Shown here piece after piece: positions 1 through 12,200 of a DNA stretch of 64,000 nt (the stretch's first letter is position 1; each line of letters opens with the position of its first letter). A model generated the notes under the pieces. The model did not search any database. It was given only the letters and a program-made list of their open reading frames with translations, and was not told the origin of the DNA. The translations under genes were made by a program, and so were the position numbers. Source of the stretch: Marsupella aquatica (lineage: Eukaryota > Plantae > Marchantiophyta); assembly GCA_973895155.1 (NCBI GenBank), contig OZ316897.1:6461327-6525326 (forward strand), in the 5' to 3' direction.

Positions 1-1500
1 TAGAAACTTCACAATATCCTCTATTTCCTCCTTTTCAAGGATGGCATACGCAATGGGAAGCCCATTCTCGTATTCGTCAAACACCATAATGGTGTACAGC
101 GGATACTGCTTACAAGAAAATGGTGAAAGGACATTAGAACGGGAGGATCACGGAGCATCGGAGCTGTGATTGCGGTGCTGTGATTGGCGCCCCGCGTCTG
201 AAGCAAAGATTACATTCGTGACATTCCAGCAAAAAAATTCACCATGAAAGGCCGAAAAAACATAACGTTAGGGGTGAAATTGAGGATATGAACCTTGTAC
301 TTGTGAGTTCCGAATGTCCCATCAATTCCCAGACATCGACTATTCCCGTACTTCACCAGCCAGTCCAGCTGGAAACTTCTCTGTAATACTATTCGAAGGG
401 GCTCCATTGGAGAGGGTTTTGGCTGATTGTATAAGAGAATACTCTCCGGGGTGGCTTGAATCCATAAATGTGTACTTGTAGCATCGTTGGGGTGCCTGCG
501 AAAAGTCTCCCTGTCTAGTCCCTTCTTCACGTTTCCAATGTCATCCATAGTGATGTAATGGTCCCTGCAATCTGAGTGTTGATTTTCCAGCGTTGCATTC
601 GAAGCGTGGAAAAGGGCCTTCGCAGCACGGTGCAGAATCTGCGTCGGAGTGGATCCTCTACGCAATTCGCATTCAATCCATCCCCTAACAGCACAAATAA
701 CAAGTATCAGGAGATATGAACGCGTTAGGAGTAGAGCCATCTACATACCCTGATATTTTAGTACTAAAGCGTGCTTATTGGAGTATGTTGGTGCAAACTC
801 GATAGATGGGAACCTGCAGCGGAAAGGGCCACCACTATCGCCTACGCATACGATGATATTTAAAACTATTTTCTGTGATATCCACGTGAGTCTGATGGAC
901 CCCATGGTAGTTCGAATGAAAGGATGGTAGGAGGCATTTACCTGGCTTTGGACGAAAGGCTATGGGCAAATTCCGACGGAAGACCTCTGCATCGTGGATC
1001 ATCGCTACCATGGCAAGGCAAACCTTCCTTGTCTACTTGGTCTTTGGATTTGTATCTGAGTTCAATGACGCTTTCGTCGTGGATAGTCTCCAACTCATAT
1101 GCCTGAAATCTGCATTGGCACCCTTTGTGGTAATGGTCGTGGTCAGCAGACAGCTTGCTTCCTTTCCCTGTCTTGGGCTTGTCTTTGGGATCGGCAATAC
1201 TTTCGCTATTACACAATGGCGCCTTCCTGCGGTCAGGAGTCCCAAACTCACAGTAATACTGAATTTTACGGACCCACCTGTGTGGTCCTCCGACATCTCG
1301 TTTTTGCTTGGAGTCACGGGTGATAAAGCATGTCATTGCACGCGGGCATCGACTACCCTCACCCTTCACAAAGTCTTGTAACCTATCGGATGGAATATAA
1401 GCTCGGTCCTTTGAGTCCCAATTGAGATCATCGGCATTGAAAGGACCCTGCCTCCCAATCCTCTGCAGCAACAATGACTGTGGAGCGACAACCCTTTGTC
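1..1500 (-). CDS. MULE (Mutator-like) transposase-related / SWIM-zinc-finger family gene (similar to the Arabidopsis At1g60560/At4g13970 family); 3' part truncated by the window edge, 5' start uncertain
   Basis: Spliced exons ~942-1500, 294-684 and 1-105 join in frame with GT-AG sites (AG|gtaaat, intron from 941; ttag|G, exon from 684; AAG|gtt, intron from 293; cag|TAT, exon from 105). The product reads FNADDLNW..YIPSDRLQDFVKGE..YYCEFG..KGCQCRF..GLPCHG..RRHPNDATSTHLW..QLDWLVKYGNSRCLGIDGTFGTHKYK|YPLYTIMVFDEYENGLPIAY, i.e. the MULE 'D-x-T-F-G...YPL-T...G.P.A' core. Confidence 0.75.
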
Positions 1501-2329
1501 TCTTTCCAGCCGCAGGTGTATTGGTGGGCAAAAAAAAAACTGCATTGAGACATTCCAGTCTATATTTTAGATGCGAAGTCTCACCAGATTCCGCCTCACC
1601 AATATTTGAAAATGCAATGTACAAAACTTTGAAACACAGAAAGGGGTTTTACCTTCTTGTACGTTATCCATTGCACACAGGATAGGAGCCCACCAGCGCA
1701 CCCTACAGCATGGCGATGGGCATGGACAATCCGGACTGCGATATTTGTAATTTTGAAAATTTTGTCACCGTATGATATCTTCGGAGGCAGGAATGCAAAT
1801 GGCAGAGGATGGCGACATTGCACTTATTGACGTTAGACCATCGGCGTTCGGAATTCGACAGATAATCGGCAATCGACAAACCATCCGCATTCCACTGATG
1901 AGAAGCATTCGGTTCTTCACAAGTCTTCCAGTAGTCGACTCCATTGTACATCCTGTTTGAGCTCGAAATCCTGTGTCAGCTCGGAATGGAAGAATCCGCA
2001 GCGGAATGTAGCCATGACGCCTGGTTCACGTGAATTCGAAATCGATAAAACTCGATGCCAAAGGAAGAAATTCGAGTCCACATGGAGGAATCGAGCTCTG
2101 GAATGAACACAGGATTTAGAGAGACTGTATCCATCCCGCGCAAATTCGCAAATGGCGGCAGCATTGAAAGCGGTGTACGAGCAATTGCCGCGCTCTTCGA
2201 GTTCATCATTCGTTGATGTTGAAGATTTGAAACGTAACATCGTGGTATGTCCTAAACATCCACGATATGGGCAGAACATACACGATATGGGCAGAACATC
2301 CATGTAGCGGTTTAATTTCATTTGGGACG

Positions 2330-2490
2330 GAAAGGCTTAGACGGAGAATAGCGGACGGAGAATAGCGGACGGAGTGTGATGCACCTGCCCTGGCTGCCCT
2401 GCCCGGCTCTTGCTGCCCTGCCCTGGCTGCCCTACACTGCCTGCCCTGCCTGTTCGCTACCCACCCTGCCCTGCCCGACTTGCTTATACC
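2330..2490. repeat. GC-rich short-motif repeat cluster (ACGGAGAATAGCGG x2; multiple CCCTG/CCCTGCC units), possible subterminal region of the MULE-like element
   Basis: Repeats are seen directly at 2341-2374 and 2384-2480, upstream of the MULE-like gene. The subterminal role is inference. Confidence 0.45.
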
Positions 2491-3180
2491 GTACCATTTG
2501 ACGAACAGCTGCAAAAGAAATTTGGGATGAATGTAAAGGCACATTGTCTAGGAAAGCAGTACAGGGTATCACGTATCGTATCCTGCCAGATTTTGATGTG
2601 CAATTACCAGCAGGGATTACTAGATCGCCGGTACAGTGATGTGCGTGCGATTCGTCTCTTGGAGAAAGTAAAGCGTCCCCTCTCGCTTGCCTGGTCGTGT
2701 TTGGAGCATAGGGCCACTGCAAATTGTCGAGAGGACCACCAAAACACAAAAAGCCGGAGACAAAAACGTTTTGTTCTTGTTGAGCTTCTTTCCTCTCCTC
2801 CGTCTCGGAATGGGAAGAGTGTTCGACATTTGGTTTTTGTCTCCTCACGTGAGTTACGGAGGATCTCACACACGGGGCTCTGTAGCGCGCACGATTGAAG
2901 TAATGAAGTGCTGGTTTCGTAGACCGGGGCATGTTTCAAGATTGTTTTTTGCCTAAGCATCCTGCAAAGGCCGATTTTAAAAGCTAAGGGCAGAGTATTT
3001 TTATCGGGAAATAGCTGAGCAGTGCATCATCGATGCAGCTTCTGCTCCCTGGCACGCACATGACAGAATGAATGACTTCCGCTCCGAATGAATTCTTCTT
3101 GGTATCGCCAGGGCGAAGGGTGATGAGCACTGACAAAGATTGACTTGGCTTCTGGCAGTGAGAACGGATTGTCTTGTGTT

Positions 3181-3230
3181 TTGGCTTGGCTAAGCTTGGC
3201 TTGGCTTGGATTGGATTGGATTGGATTGGA
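3181..3230. repeat. Pentanucleotide microsatellite (TTGGC)n/(TTGGA)n just upstream of the spastizin ATG
   Basis: ttggcttggc taagc ttggcttggc ttgga ttggattgga ttggattgga seen directly. Confidence 0.85.
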
Positions 3231-3260
3231 CTTCAAGATATGTGATACTACTCTGTTCAG

Positions 3261-6200
3261 ATGAAGACTAAGCAGGAGCGGTTGCTGAGCCGTGTTACCG
3301 TAAATCATCTCTTTCTCTCTCAGTTTGAGCCTTTTCGAGCCCTTCTTCGTACCTTGTACGATATCAATCCGACTATAGCTTTCGGAATCTTGAAGACTGT
3401 AATAAAAGCAGGGGGCCGAATAGATGGAGTATTATGGTCCCATTCTGTTCCGTCCCCGTCGCACCTTGCATGGCTTTGTTTGGGAGAGCTCACTGCGCTA
3501 CAATCTGACCGGGGATACTCCCGTCGAGAGGAGAGTGCGCTATGGATGTCTAATCCGCGGTTAATTTTTGACAATGTGGAGTTCCTGCTCCTAGTGGAGC
3601 TTCTGGAGAAAATATGGGCTACGGAAGCATTGAAAATTGAGCACGATTCTGGGGATGAGCTCTGGGAAGCAGGCAGAAATGCGTTTCGAAACTTTAGTGA
3701 GAATGCGTCTGAACGGAGGGCCACCTCATCTTCAGTATTTCCTGGACAAACTTGGAAAGGCAAAGACATCTCATTAGGGCCTGATGGAAGCAAAGTTTTG
3801 CAGAATTTTCAGGTCACACCTAAACGAGGATTCGATGGCGCGGTCGTGCAAGGTGAGGCTCTGGAAGAAGATAGGACGAGGGGGGATGGCAAAAGCCAAG
3901 GGGCAGCCGTGTCCTTAGAGGAGACGCCTCCAACAGCCACCGAGGAAATTGAATTTGAGGAGCTAAGTAAGGCAGGGGAAGAAATTTTTCAAGAGCTTTC
4001 TGCTGCCGGTGTGCACAGATTAATAGAACGAATGGCGATTTTAGACGTCGGGGACCATACGCCTGGGAGTGAGCAGGTGGAAAATCACGATTCCGAAATT
4101 CATAATACTGATCATGAGGGGTCTCAAAGTCGGGACAATGATCTTCTTTTTAAACCTCAACCTGGAGGTAGATCAGATTTCGTCATAGAAGGAAGTCAAC
4201 CCGGGCTGGTTTTAGCGGATAGGCATAGGATTTGGATTCGGAAACTAACTTTGTACCATCCTGACCTACTCCACTCCCTTTCTACCAATATTCGACGTCA
4301 GCATTACTTAAACAGGCCCCTTTCAAGGTCAGACGGAAGGAGAAGTGATGAGGAATCTGGAAGTAGATTTTCGTTCGAAACTGAACCAGGCGACCAAGCG
4401 GACGAATCCGATCCAAGCGATAGGCTCAATAAAGGCTCAATTGAGAGTGTCGAGGAGGATAAATTCGAGCTCGGAAAGCTTCTTTTAAATGAAATCCAGA
4501 GCGCTCACTTGGAACAGATGGAAAAGGAGATTCTTGCGGGAAATCTTGCGAAGGCGATTCAACATCTTCGCTACTTACATATTGGAACTGGAATGCCGGA
4601 CTTTCTCTATGGGTAATTATATTGTCAATATTGTGAAACTTGGTCACCCTTTTCTTTCGTCCAGTTCGCTCTTTGAAAGTGTTGATTCCAATATTTGAGA
4701 GGAAATTACCAGTGGGGAGAGTATGATTCGACTTCTTATAACCTCAAGGCGGCACATAGAAGTTCAGATTCAGGGGCTGTATCTAACAGTTCAAAGGGGT
4801 TTTGCAAACTTACCCCATGTACTTTCTCCGGGAAGTTAGTAGATCTCAGACGCATAAGTAGCCATGCTTTATAATTTGGTGCTGCCATGTTTCACATCTA
4901 GGCTGCACCATCGAGGTCTTCGATTAAACTGCCATATGTACATTGCTATTGTTTTGGTAACATTTGCTCTTTAGGCTGCTACAGAGTACGACCATCCTTG
5001 AATCAGGGCCTCCTGATAATTGCCCTTCTAGAGCTTGATCACATAGGATTGAGCTGTGTAAATGCTGAGCCAGTTCTGCTATGTTGTTTCCCAAGTCATG
5101 CGAGACGAAGGTTTTCACCTTCAGGCTTGAAATATCTATCAACATGTCTGTTTCTTACAGTAAGGTGGTACGCATGGTTATTGATGGAACGAAGAAGAAC
5201 GTGGATCCTGGGAGATCTCCTCGCGACAGACGTGATGATGCCTCGATTTATAAAGCGTATGAGCAAGTTATTGCCGCAGGGTCTCCCCCTCTAGCATCGA
5301 TGGCCGAGGTGAGACAATCATTTTTCCTTTCACTTCAATGGTTTCTGGGAAAATCATTCACAAGCTTTGATTCTTTATGGCTCTCGTCATGCAGGGGGAT
5401 GCTGACGCAATCAACACGGTGTGGGTCTTTATGACATTTATCAACCAGTGGGGTCTATTCTTAGAGTTTCTGTCCTTAGGACAGTAGCTTCTAATTCTGT
5501 CAAAATGCTTTGTTGTGGAGGGGTAAAATTTGGTGGCAACTTGGTGGCAACTTGCAATGGTCAATTGTTGTTTTGGCTCATCGTTGTACAATTCTAGCAT
5601 AGTATATGATCGATCGAGACCATTATTTTAAATTGTAATCTCAAATCTGATATGACTGCTTGGTATTCCAGTCTATCCAGGATGACCTTATTCTAGAGGC
5701 GGTTCAGGAGGTGAAGGCAGCTAATCTTGATGCCCTACCACCACCGTTGCAGAAACTTCACAGGCGATTGGAAACACGTCGTGCCTTGCCTACTACGGGC
5801 AATGTTTCAGTTGATTCTTCGTGGATTCGTACCTGTAAGATGGAATTGTTTCAGTACGCACGTGTCACGGGGGTCCATGTGCTAGAAACTGTGATGAAGT
5901 CAACTTTCTCGGCAGTTCGGGCTCTTCAGTTTCAAAAAGCAGCTGATGTATGGTTCCTTCTGCATTACAATCAACAATGTTTCTTCGGTTTTGACGTCAA
6001 GACTTGGAGTCCATTGCTAATGACGTGCCAAGTTTTGTATTTCAGCACCTTAGTCTTCTGTGGACAGTACCCACGCGTCATTGAGTCAAAGGACCTAAGA
6101 ACTCAGCTTTCTTTCCCCTAGTCAGGATGCGCTTATAAATTTGATGGGGAAATTGGTCTTTGTAAGGCTCTGACCTCAGCCTTCATGAAGGTCAACGATG

Positions 6201-9200
6201 ACATGTCCCTCTTGAGCAGGGCCTAGACCTTGGGGATGGCTGTGAACGTTCTTTGGTCCTATCAAATTATTTCTCGCCTCTCTCAATGTCTTTCCTGAAG
6301 ATTTCTAGCATGCTGAACGTGCCGAGGTTGCACGTCATTTCTGGGTCCAGACTGAACATCTTGTCCAAGTTAATGTGCTTCTTGAACAACGTGACCCGTA
6401 GTTCTACAATTAAGGTTAATTCCTTGTCATATCTGAAGAGTTCTTCCTATCCTTGTTTGATGTACAGGCTGGCCTCATAAGTAGTAACGGATGAGTATTG
6501 CCCTCTCAAAGCAGGTCCTTACCGTGTACCCTCGTCTCCAACCCCTGGCCACTGTGATGGGTTGGGACTTGCTTGCCGGCCAAACGTCAGCCCGCCGTCA
6601 ATTGATGGAGCTGTTATGGGCTGGGAGACCAAAGTCTGGAAGGTTGGATGGAGGATCTACAAGTGGGAGACCAACAGAGGAGGTAATGGATCCCACGTCG
6701 CTTTGAGGAATGATTTATAGACAGTTTTGCTGCATTGTAGATCCAAGCTTTGTGGAATTTTTGTTGCGCCCTCTTAGGAATGGAAATTATAGTGTTGTTC
6801 GGATGTCTTTGCACCAGGTGTCTTGTATTGATGAACTTTGTGATAACCTTTGCTACCATTTGGAGCTCGCTTACTTTGCTGCTCTAGTGAATTCTGGAGG
6901 AACTTGGCAAGCTGATGCCAGCAAAATTTTTGCGAGCTCGAAAGGACAAGTTGGTAGAGACAAGGATGATCAACCACCCGCTGAGACTTTCGTCGCCAAT
7001 CTTGTTCTTGAACGCCTAGCCATGCATTCTCCTCTGCGGGTAAGTTCTGCGCCATCTTTCTTTCACTGTGTTGAAGACAGTTTGAATTTTTTTGGACGTA
7101 GTGTGAAATTACATAGGCTGTCGAACAGTGACAAGAAAGACGAGACTGAGATGCTCACTGACAAGTGGTGATTGTAGGTGATGTTTGATCTGGTTCCGAG
7201 AATCAAGGTCCAAGACGCGTTGCACCTTACAGAGATGCAGCCGGTTGGATCATCACCAGCCAATTTCTTCCGAAGGTGGGTAGTCTGTTTGCTTTCGGAA
7301 TTTTTTTTTCCTGATCATCTACAGGTCCCCTCTTTTGAAGGGCTTACAATTTTAATTTTCTCCCAGTATCGACGTAGATCATATGTTATTTGCTGCATGA
7401 TGTTTTCGTAGCGTTTGATCTGTCTTCGCCATCACAATCTCTTCTTTCCACCTATTCCCCGTAAGTTTCTATTTCCTTGAAAATTTCGCATTCCGCTTTC
7501 TACAGGCAACAAGATCTTGAGCTTCTACACATGAACTTCGGTGTCCAAGTAGTTATACTTGCTCTTATTTCGCTTGAAGCAACTGCTATTGAGGACCAGA
7601 GATATCAAGTTCTAACGCAGGCCAAATCCTTACTACTACAGCTTCGACAACATTTGGACTCTGTGACAACTCCTGTGCGCAAGGTTAAGTCCTCAACCGA
7701 GTCTTCACTGCTCTTTTATTGTATGGACAGTAGAGTACTTCTTGGCGAAATTGCTTTAAACGGGATTTCTATTTCATAGCCCTGTTCACGATGCTTTGGG
7801 ATTTGGAATCGGGGAAGCCTTTCCAGGTTTGCCCAATAGTTTCAATAGACATTCTGATGCCTTTTCTTTCCCTGTGTAGATCTGGATGATGAGAACAATT
7901 GTTCATCTTCTCCACATGGACCTGTCTTTATCAAAGCAAGAACTAGGGCAGTTGGAGGATTCTGAACTGTCCCGATCATCAAATGTTATTGCTGAAGGAG
8001 ACACATCAACGGCTGTTGCCGTTCTCAGTGACATACTTCTATTGCTCCGTCAATCCTTGTGTTCTCTGGGAGACGGACCAGACCGTGGAAAACAGGAGCA
8101 AGGTCAAATAAATTTTACAATCGCGGACGTTCCCGCAAGTGTTTCCAAGATTTGGGAACAGAAGGCAGTTTCTATAGAGGCTTTTGTGGAAGACTGGGAA
8201 TGGCGTCTTCTAGTACTGCAGCATCTGAGACCATCTTCGCAACATCAATGGCAGTGGAAGGAGGCTCTGAGTGTTTTGCGAGCTAGTCCCTCAACTCTTT
8301 TGACCATGTAATTCTGATCTTACCTTGATTATTCCTCTAAGCAGGGTTGGGATTGTGAGGCTTCAAAATTCTTTCAAATTATTCAGTGTGGTTGCAGTAG
8401 CTCCATGAAAATATGATTTCTAGTTTTCGTCAATTTCAATATGTTACAGCTCTCAAACATCACTGTGTACAGTGAATATTATAATTTAGAAAGTTGTGTT
8501 TGTTTTAACTCTTTCAGCTCCCTTCTGTCTAGAGTATGTTCTGTATAACCTTTAGATGCTTGTTCTCGTTTAATTTCAGGTGTATCCAGCATGCCCAGTA
8601 TGGGCTTGGAGAAGAAGCTGTACGACGATATGACTTATCACCGGAAGAAGCTGCTACATTGCAGCTTTCAGAGTGGGTAGATAGATCACCAACCAGATCG
8701 TCGGTATGTCCCTGTTTCCTCAATGATGACAACTGAGTTAGTTGTCTTTCATCTTTGTCAAATGTTCTTAATGCCGGAGTGGTGGAGAAGAATGTTGTCA
8801 GTATTCAAGTCTGAGATCCCTGCTTTACCCTAATAGTCTGATGAAAAGGACCTTGGAATGAATGTGCAACCCAACTTCTGAACTGCTGTCACGTGGGTAA
8901 CCCATTTGTGCTAACCTTAGCTTGGCTTCTTAGATACACCTCATCTAAAAATCCCCAGGAATTGAAGATATGCAGTGCAGTATCTGCAAGCCGTTAAATA
9001 ACCAGGATGTCTGTGTGCAAAATTCTCCCTTCTCGTCTTGAGCTTTGAAATGCCGACTGTCAAGTTTAGTCGTCGATAGATGGGTCTGATGCCAAAGTAA
9101 ACACTTTATCTGCTCCGGCCATCGCTTTCGGCTTATCCGTTTCCGTCTTATTTCGCAGGTTGATGATGCAGTGCCACATGTTGCTGAAGGAACACCAACT

Positions 9201-12200
9201 GCTGACGAGGGCTGGAATGCTTTTGGGCTAAGTGTTCCATTACCGCCTCTTGCTAATGTAAGAACTGTCCACCTTATCCAAGCAGTATTTTGGCTTAGAA
9301 CTGGCACCCCATCATTTGCTATGCATAATGTACAATCTGTGGCGCAGGTTACTTTGTTTCTGGATATTGCTGCTGCATCTGCAAAGTCTGTGACCAAGGC
9401 AAGGCAGCTCCTTGACCAGGTAATTTGAAGAAAAACCAGTAACCTGGTGGAAAGTGGATGATGATACAAGTCATTGTCTTGTGTCGGATGCCGTATGCAA
9501 TGTATTTTTCAGCTATGCAAATCTGTGTAAAGTACTTTGTGCTATCCCTTCCCAAATATGTGATGCCAACGCATTTGTATCCTATAAGTTTTACATCCAA
9601 TATTCCTCACTCTATCTCTTGCAGTGGTAAGGAATCGACTTTTCTGGAAGGGGGAGTTGTGTGTCAGTTGGTTGTGATCATGTAGGCTTTACTGATTAAG
9701 GATATAATGATTTTGATACTGTGCACGGGTCTTTCTTAGGACGTTGGACAATGACAGTTTTCAGTAGCAGATGAAATGATTAGTAACTAAATAGCCGGGA
9801 ATTGTAGATCTCTTGATTATAGTACAATCAAGACGACAACGATAGCTACCTGTAACACTTCTTACTCCTCCAACTTGGTTTAGTAGTGAAAGTGATACAT
9901 AATTACATACCCGTTGGACTTTGGTATATGACAGCAAATATAATCATTGGTGCCACAAAGTCCACAAAGTCCTTAGCTAACATTGTCAATTTTCGGTGCA
10001 TGATCAGACACGTGTTCTGCTTTCTCAAATCTCTCAAGCAGGATCAAAAAGGCAGTCTACGACCCTTATTGAGCAAAAGCAGGAAGCAGCCCTCATTCTG
10101 CTTGCCAAGCGAGTGCTTCCAAGATTTCAGGATCTTCTTGAACAGGTCATATTCTTCCTGACGTTACATGTTTGGCATCTGTGAGGATGATCATTTGGAC
10201 AGGGTAGTCTAAGGAATATCCGTAGTGGTTGTTTGAAAATAATGATCTGGATGGGGTTGTGCAAGTGATGAATATCTAAAATTTACAAAAGCCTAGATTC
10301 TGGGGTAATTGTCGCCCTTGATATTCCATATCAGCATACACGCCAAAGGGTTTTCTTCTGGATTCCATGGTGTGATGTAATAGGAAGGAATATCCAGCTG
10401 ACGAGATTGAAAATGTGGCTTTAATTGAGGCTGCCTCTAATTGAACCTTCGTAGGGTTTTAGTTGCAACCTTGACACTCAAATTTATCAGCAGGATAGGT
10501 CTCGGGCCCTACAGACAACATTTTCCGGTGCGGATATAGTTTCATCTGGGATTGATGTGGTACGTCAAGGGCCCAAGCAACGGGCTTTAGGGATACTGCA
10601 TCAGATCATTGAAGATGCCCATAATGGAAAGCGACAGTTTTTGAGTGGTAAGTCTCGTGTTTGAGTGGACAAAAATTCAGAGGTAGTTGTCATTGCCTTT
10701 TCTCATTACACATACTTTCACACGAGTTGAGTAGGGGGATGGTAACCCGGGTACTGGTTTAGAGGTACTGGTAAAAAAAAAAAGCCATCATCTCTTTTCA
10801 CTTCAGTCAGTTATGGCTTTCAACATGTCACGGAAGGATTTCGTTAAACATCAGGACCTGGCTTGTGCCAAATTGATGAGGACAATTAAATAGTGAGAGA
10901 AAATATATGAATAGCGTCTCTGCAATTGTTCTTGGTTATTTACCACCTTGTGATTACATCCTACTCCTGCCACTTTCACCTTTCTCACTCTCCTGTCTCT
11001 CTCCCTAGTTGGACGGAGGAATCGAAGAATTTACTCATCCTTTGTTGAAATGAGCAGGAAAACTCCACAATCTTGTGAAAGCACTGTCAGATGAGGACGA
11101 TGACAACGGGTCCAAGCCAGTTAGCTCTTATTTTGATAGGAAGCAGATAGCATTGGAACATGGTCTTGTGTTGGGGCTTGGATTTCAAGCTTCACCTAAA
11201 GCTAGTCCGCTGCCTCGAAATGCTTCTGGGGACTATGGAGAAGTTAATCATATGGCCAGTAAGAGTGCTGGGAAGCGGTTTCTTGGGCCTCTCAGCAATA
11301 AACCAACAGCATATCTCTCAGCTTTTATACTTTATATTGCTACTGTTGGGGACATAGTCGATGGGGCTGACACAACGCATGACTTCAACTACTTCTCTCT
11401 CATTTATGAGCGACCAAATGATGTATGTAATGCCTGACCCTTTCTCTGGCTACATTAATACAGATTCATGAACAGGTGAATGTGGATGAGAGTGTACACT
11501 CTATGATTCTATGTAGTCTCTCTCGGACTTCTTGCAAACCTTACTGTAAGGACTCTATCGGATCTGAGTGTATCATTCTTACTTTGGTTTCAGCTGAGCC
11601 AAATCCTTTTGGGTTGGAAGAAGTCTTAGAATGGTTCTTTGTGCTTGACGACTCAGAGGATGGTGGAGGTCACTTTCGTCTGCACTACTTTCCATTTCAT
11701 TTTTAACTGACGCGTTTTTTCCATAGCTTTCAATGGAACAGTGACGGGTGATCTTGTATATGCAGCTGTTGACTCGTCTTGTCTTTGAGAGAGGAAATGC
11801 TGATGCCGCCGGCAAAGTCGCGGAGATCATGGGAGAGGATTTGGTGCATCAAGTTATTACTGCTTGTGTGCCTCCAGTTTATCCCCCAAAAGGTGGGAAA
11901 GGGTGGGCTTGTATTCCACGTCTTTCCTCTCGCGATGTTCAGTCTACTGGCTTATTCTACAACAGTCCTATTCCTGCAAGCAATCTCAGGGATGACAAGG
12001 CCGAACTTTATGTATTGCGACGTGATGTAGTGAAACATCTTGCGACTCTTTCTCCTGTACGAGCAGTTTTGGCTTGTGTCTTTGGCTGTAGCCGTTTCAC
12101 TGGAAATGAAAGAGAAGGGGAGGCAGATCCTGCCTCACTTTCACAGCGGTCTCAGCAGCAGTTGGACGACGATCAATGGTTCTATGAGTTTGCGTTGGAG

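Noticed and set aside
1703-2321. Several 60-134 aa ORFs upstream of the MULE-like gene
   Set aside because: No recognisable homology and they could not be spliced confidently to the transposase exons; left unannotated.
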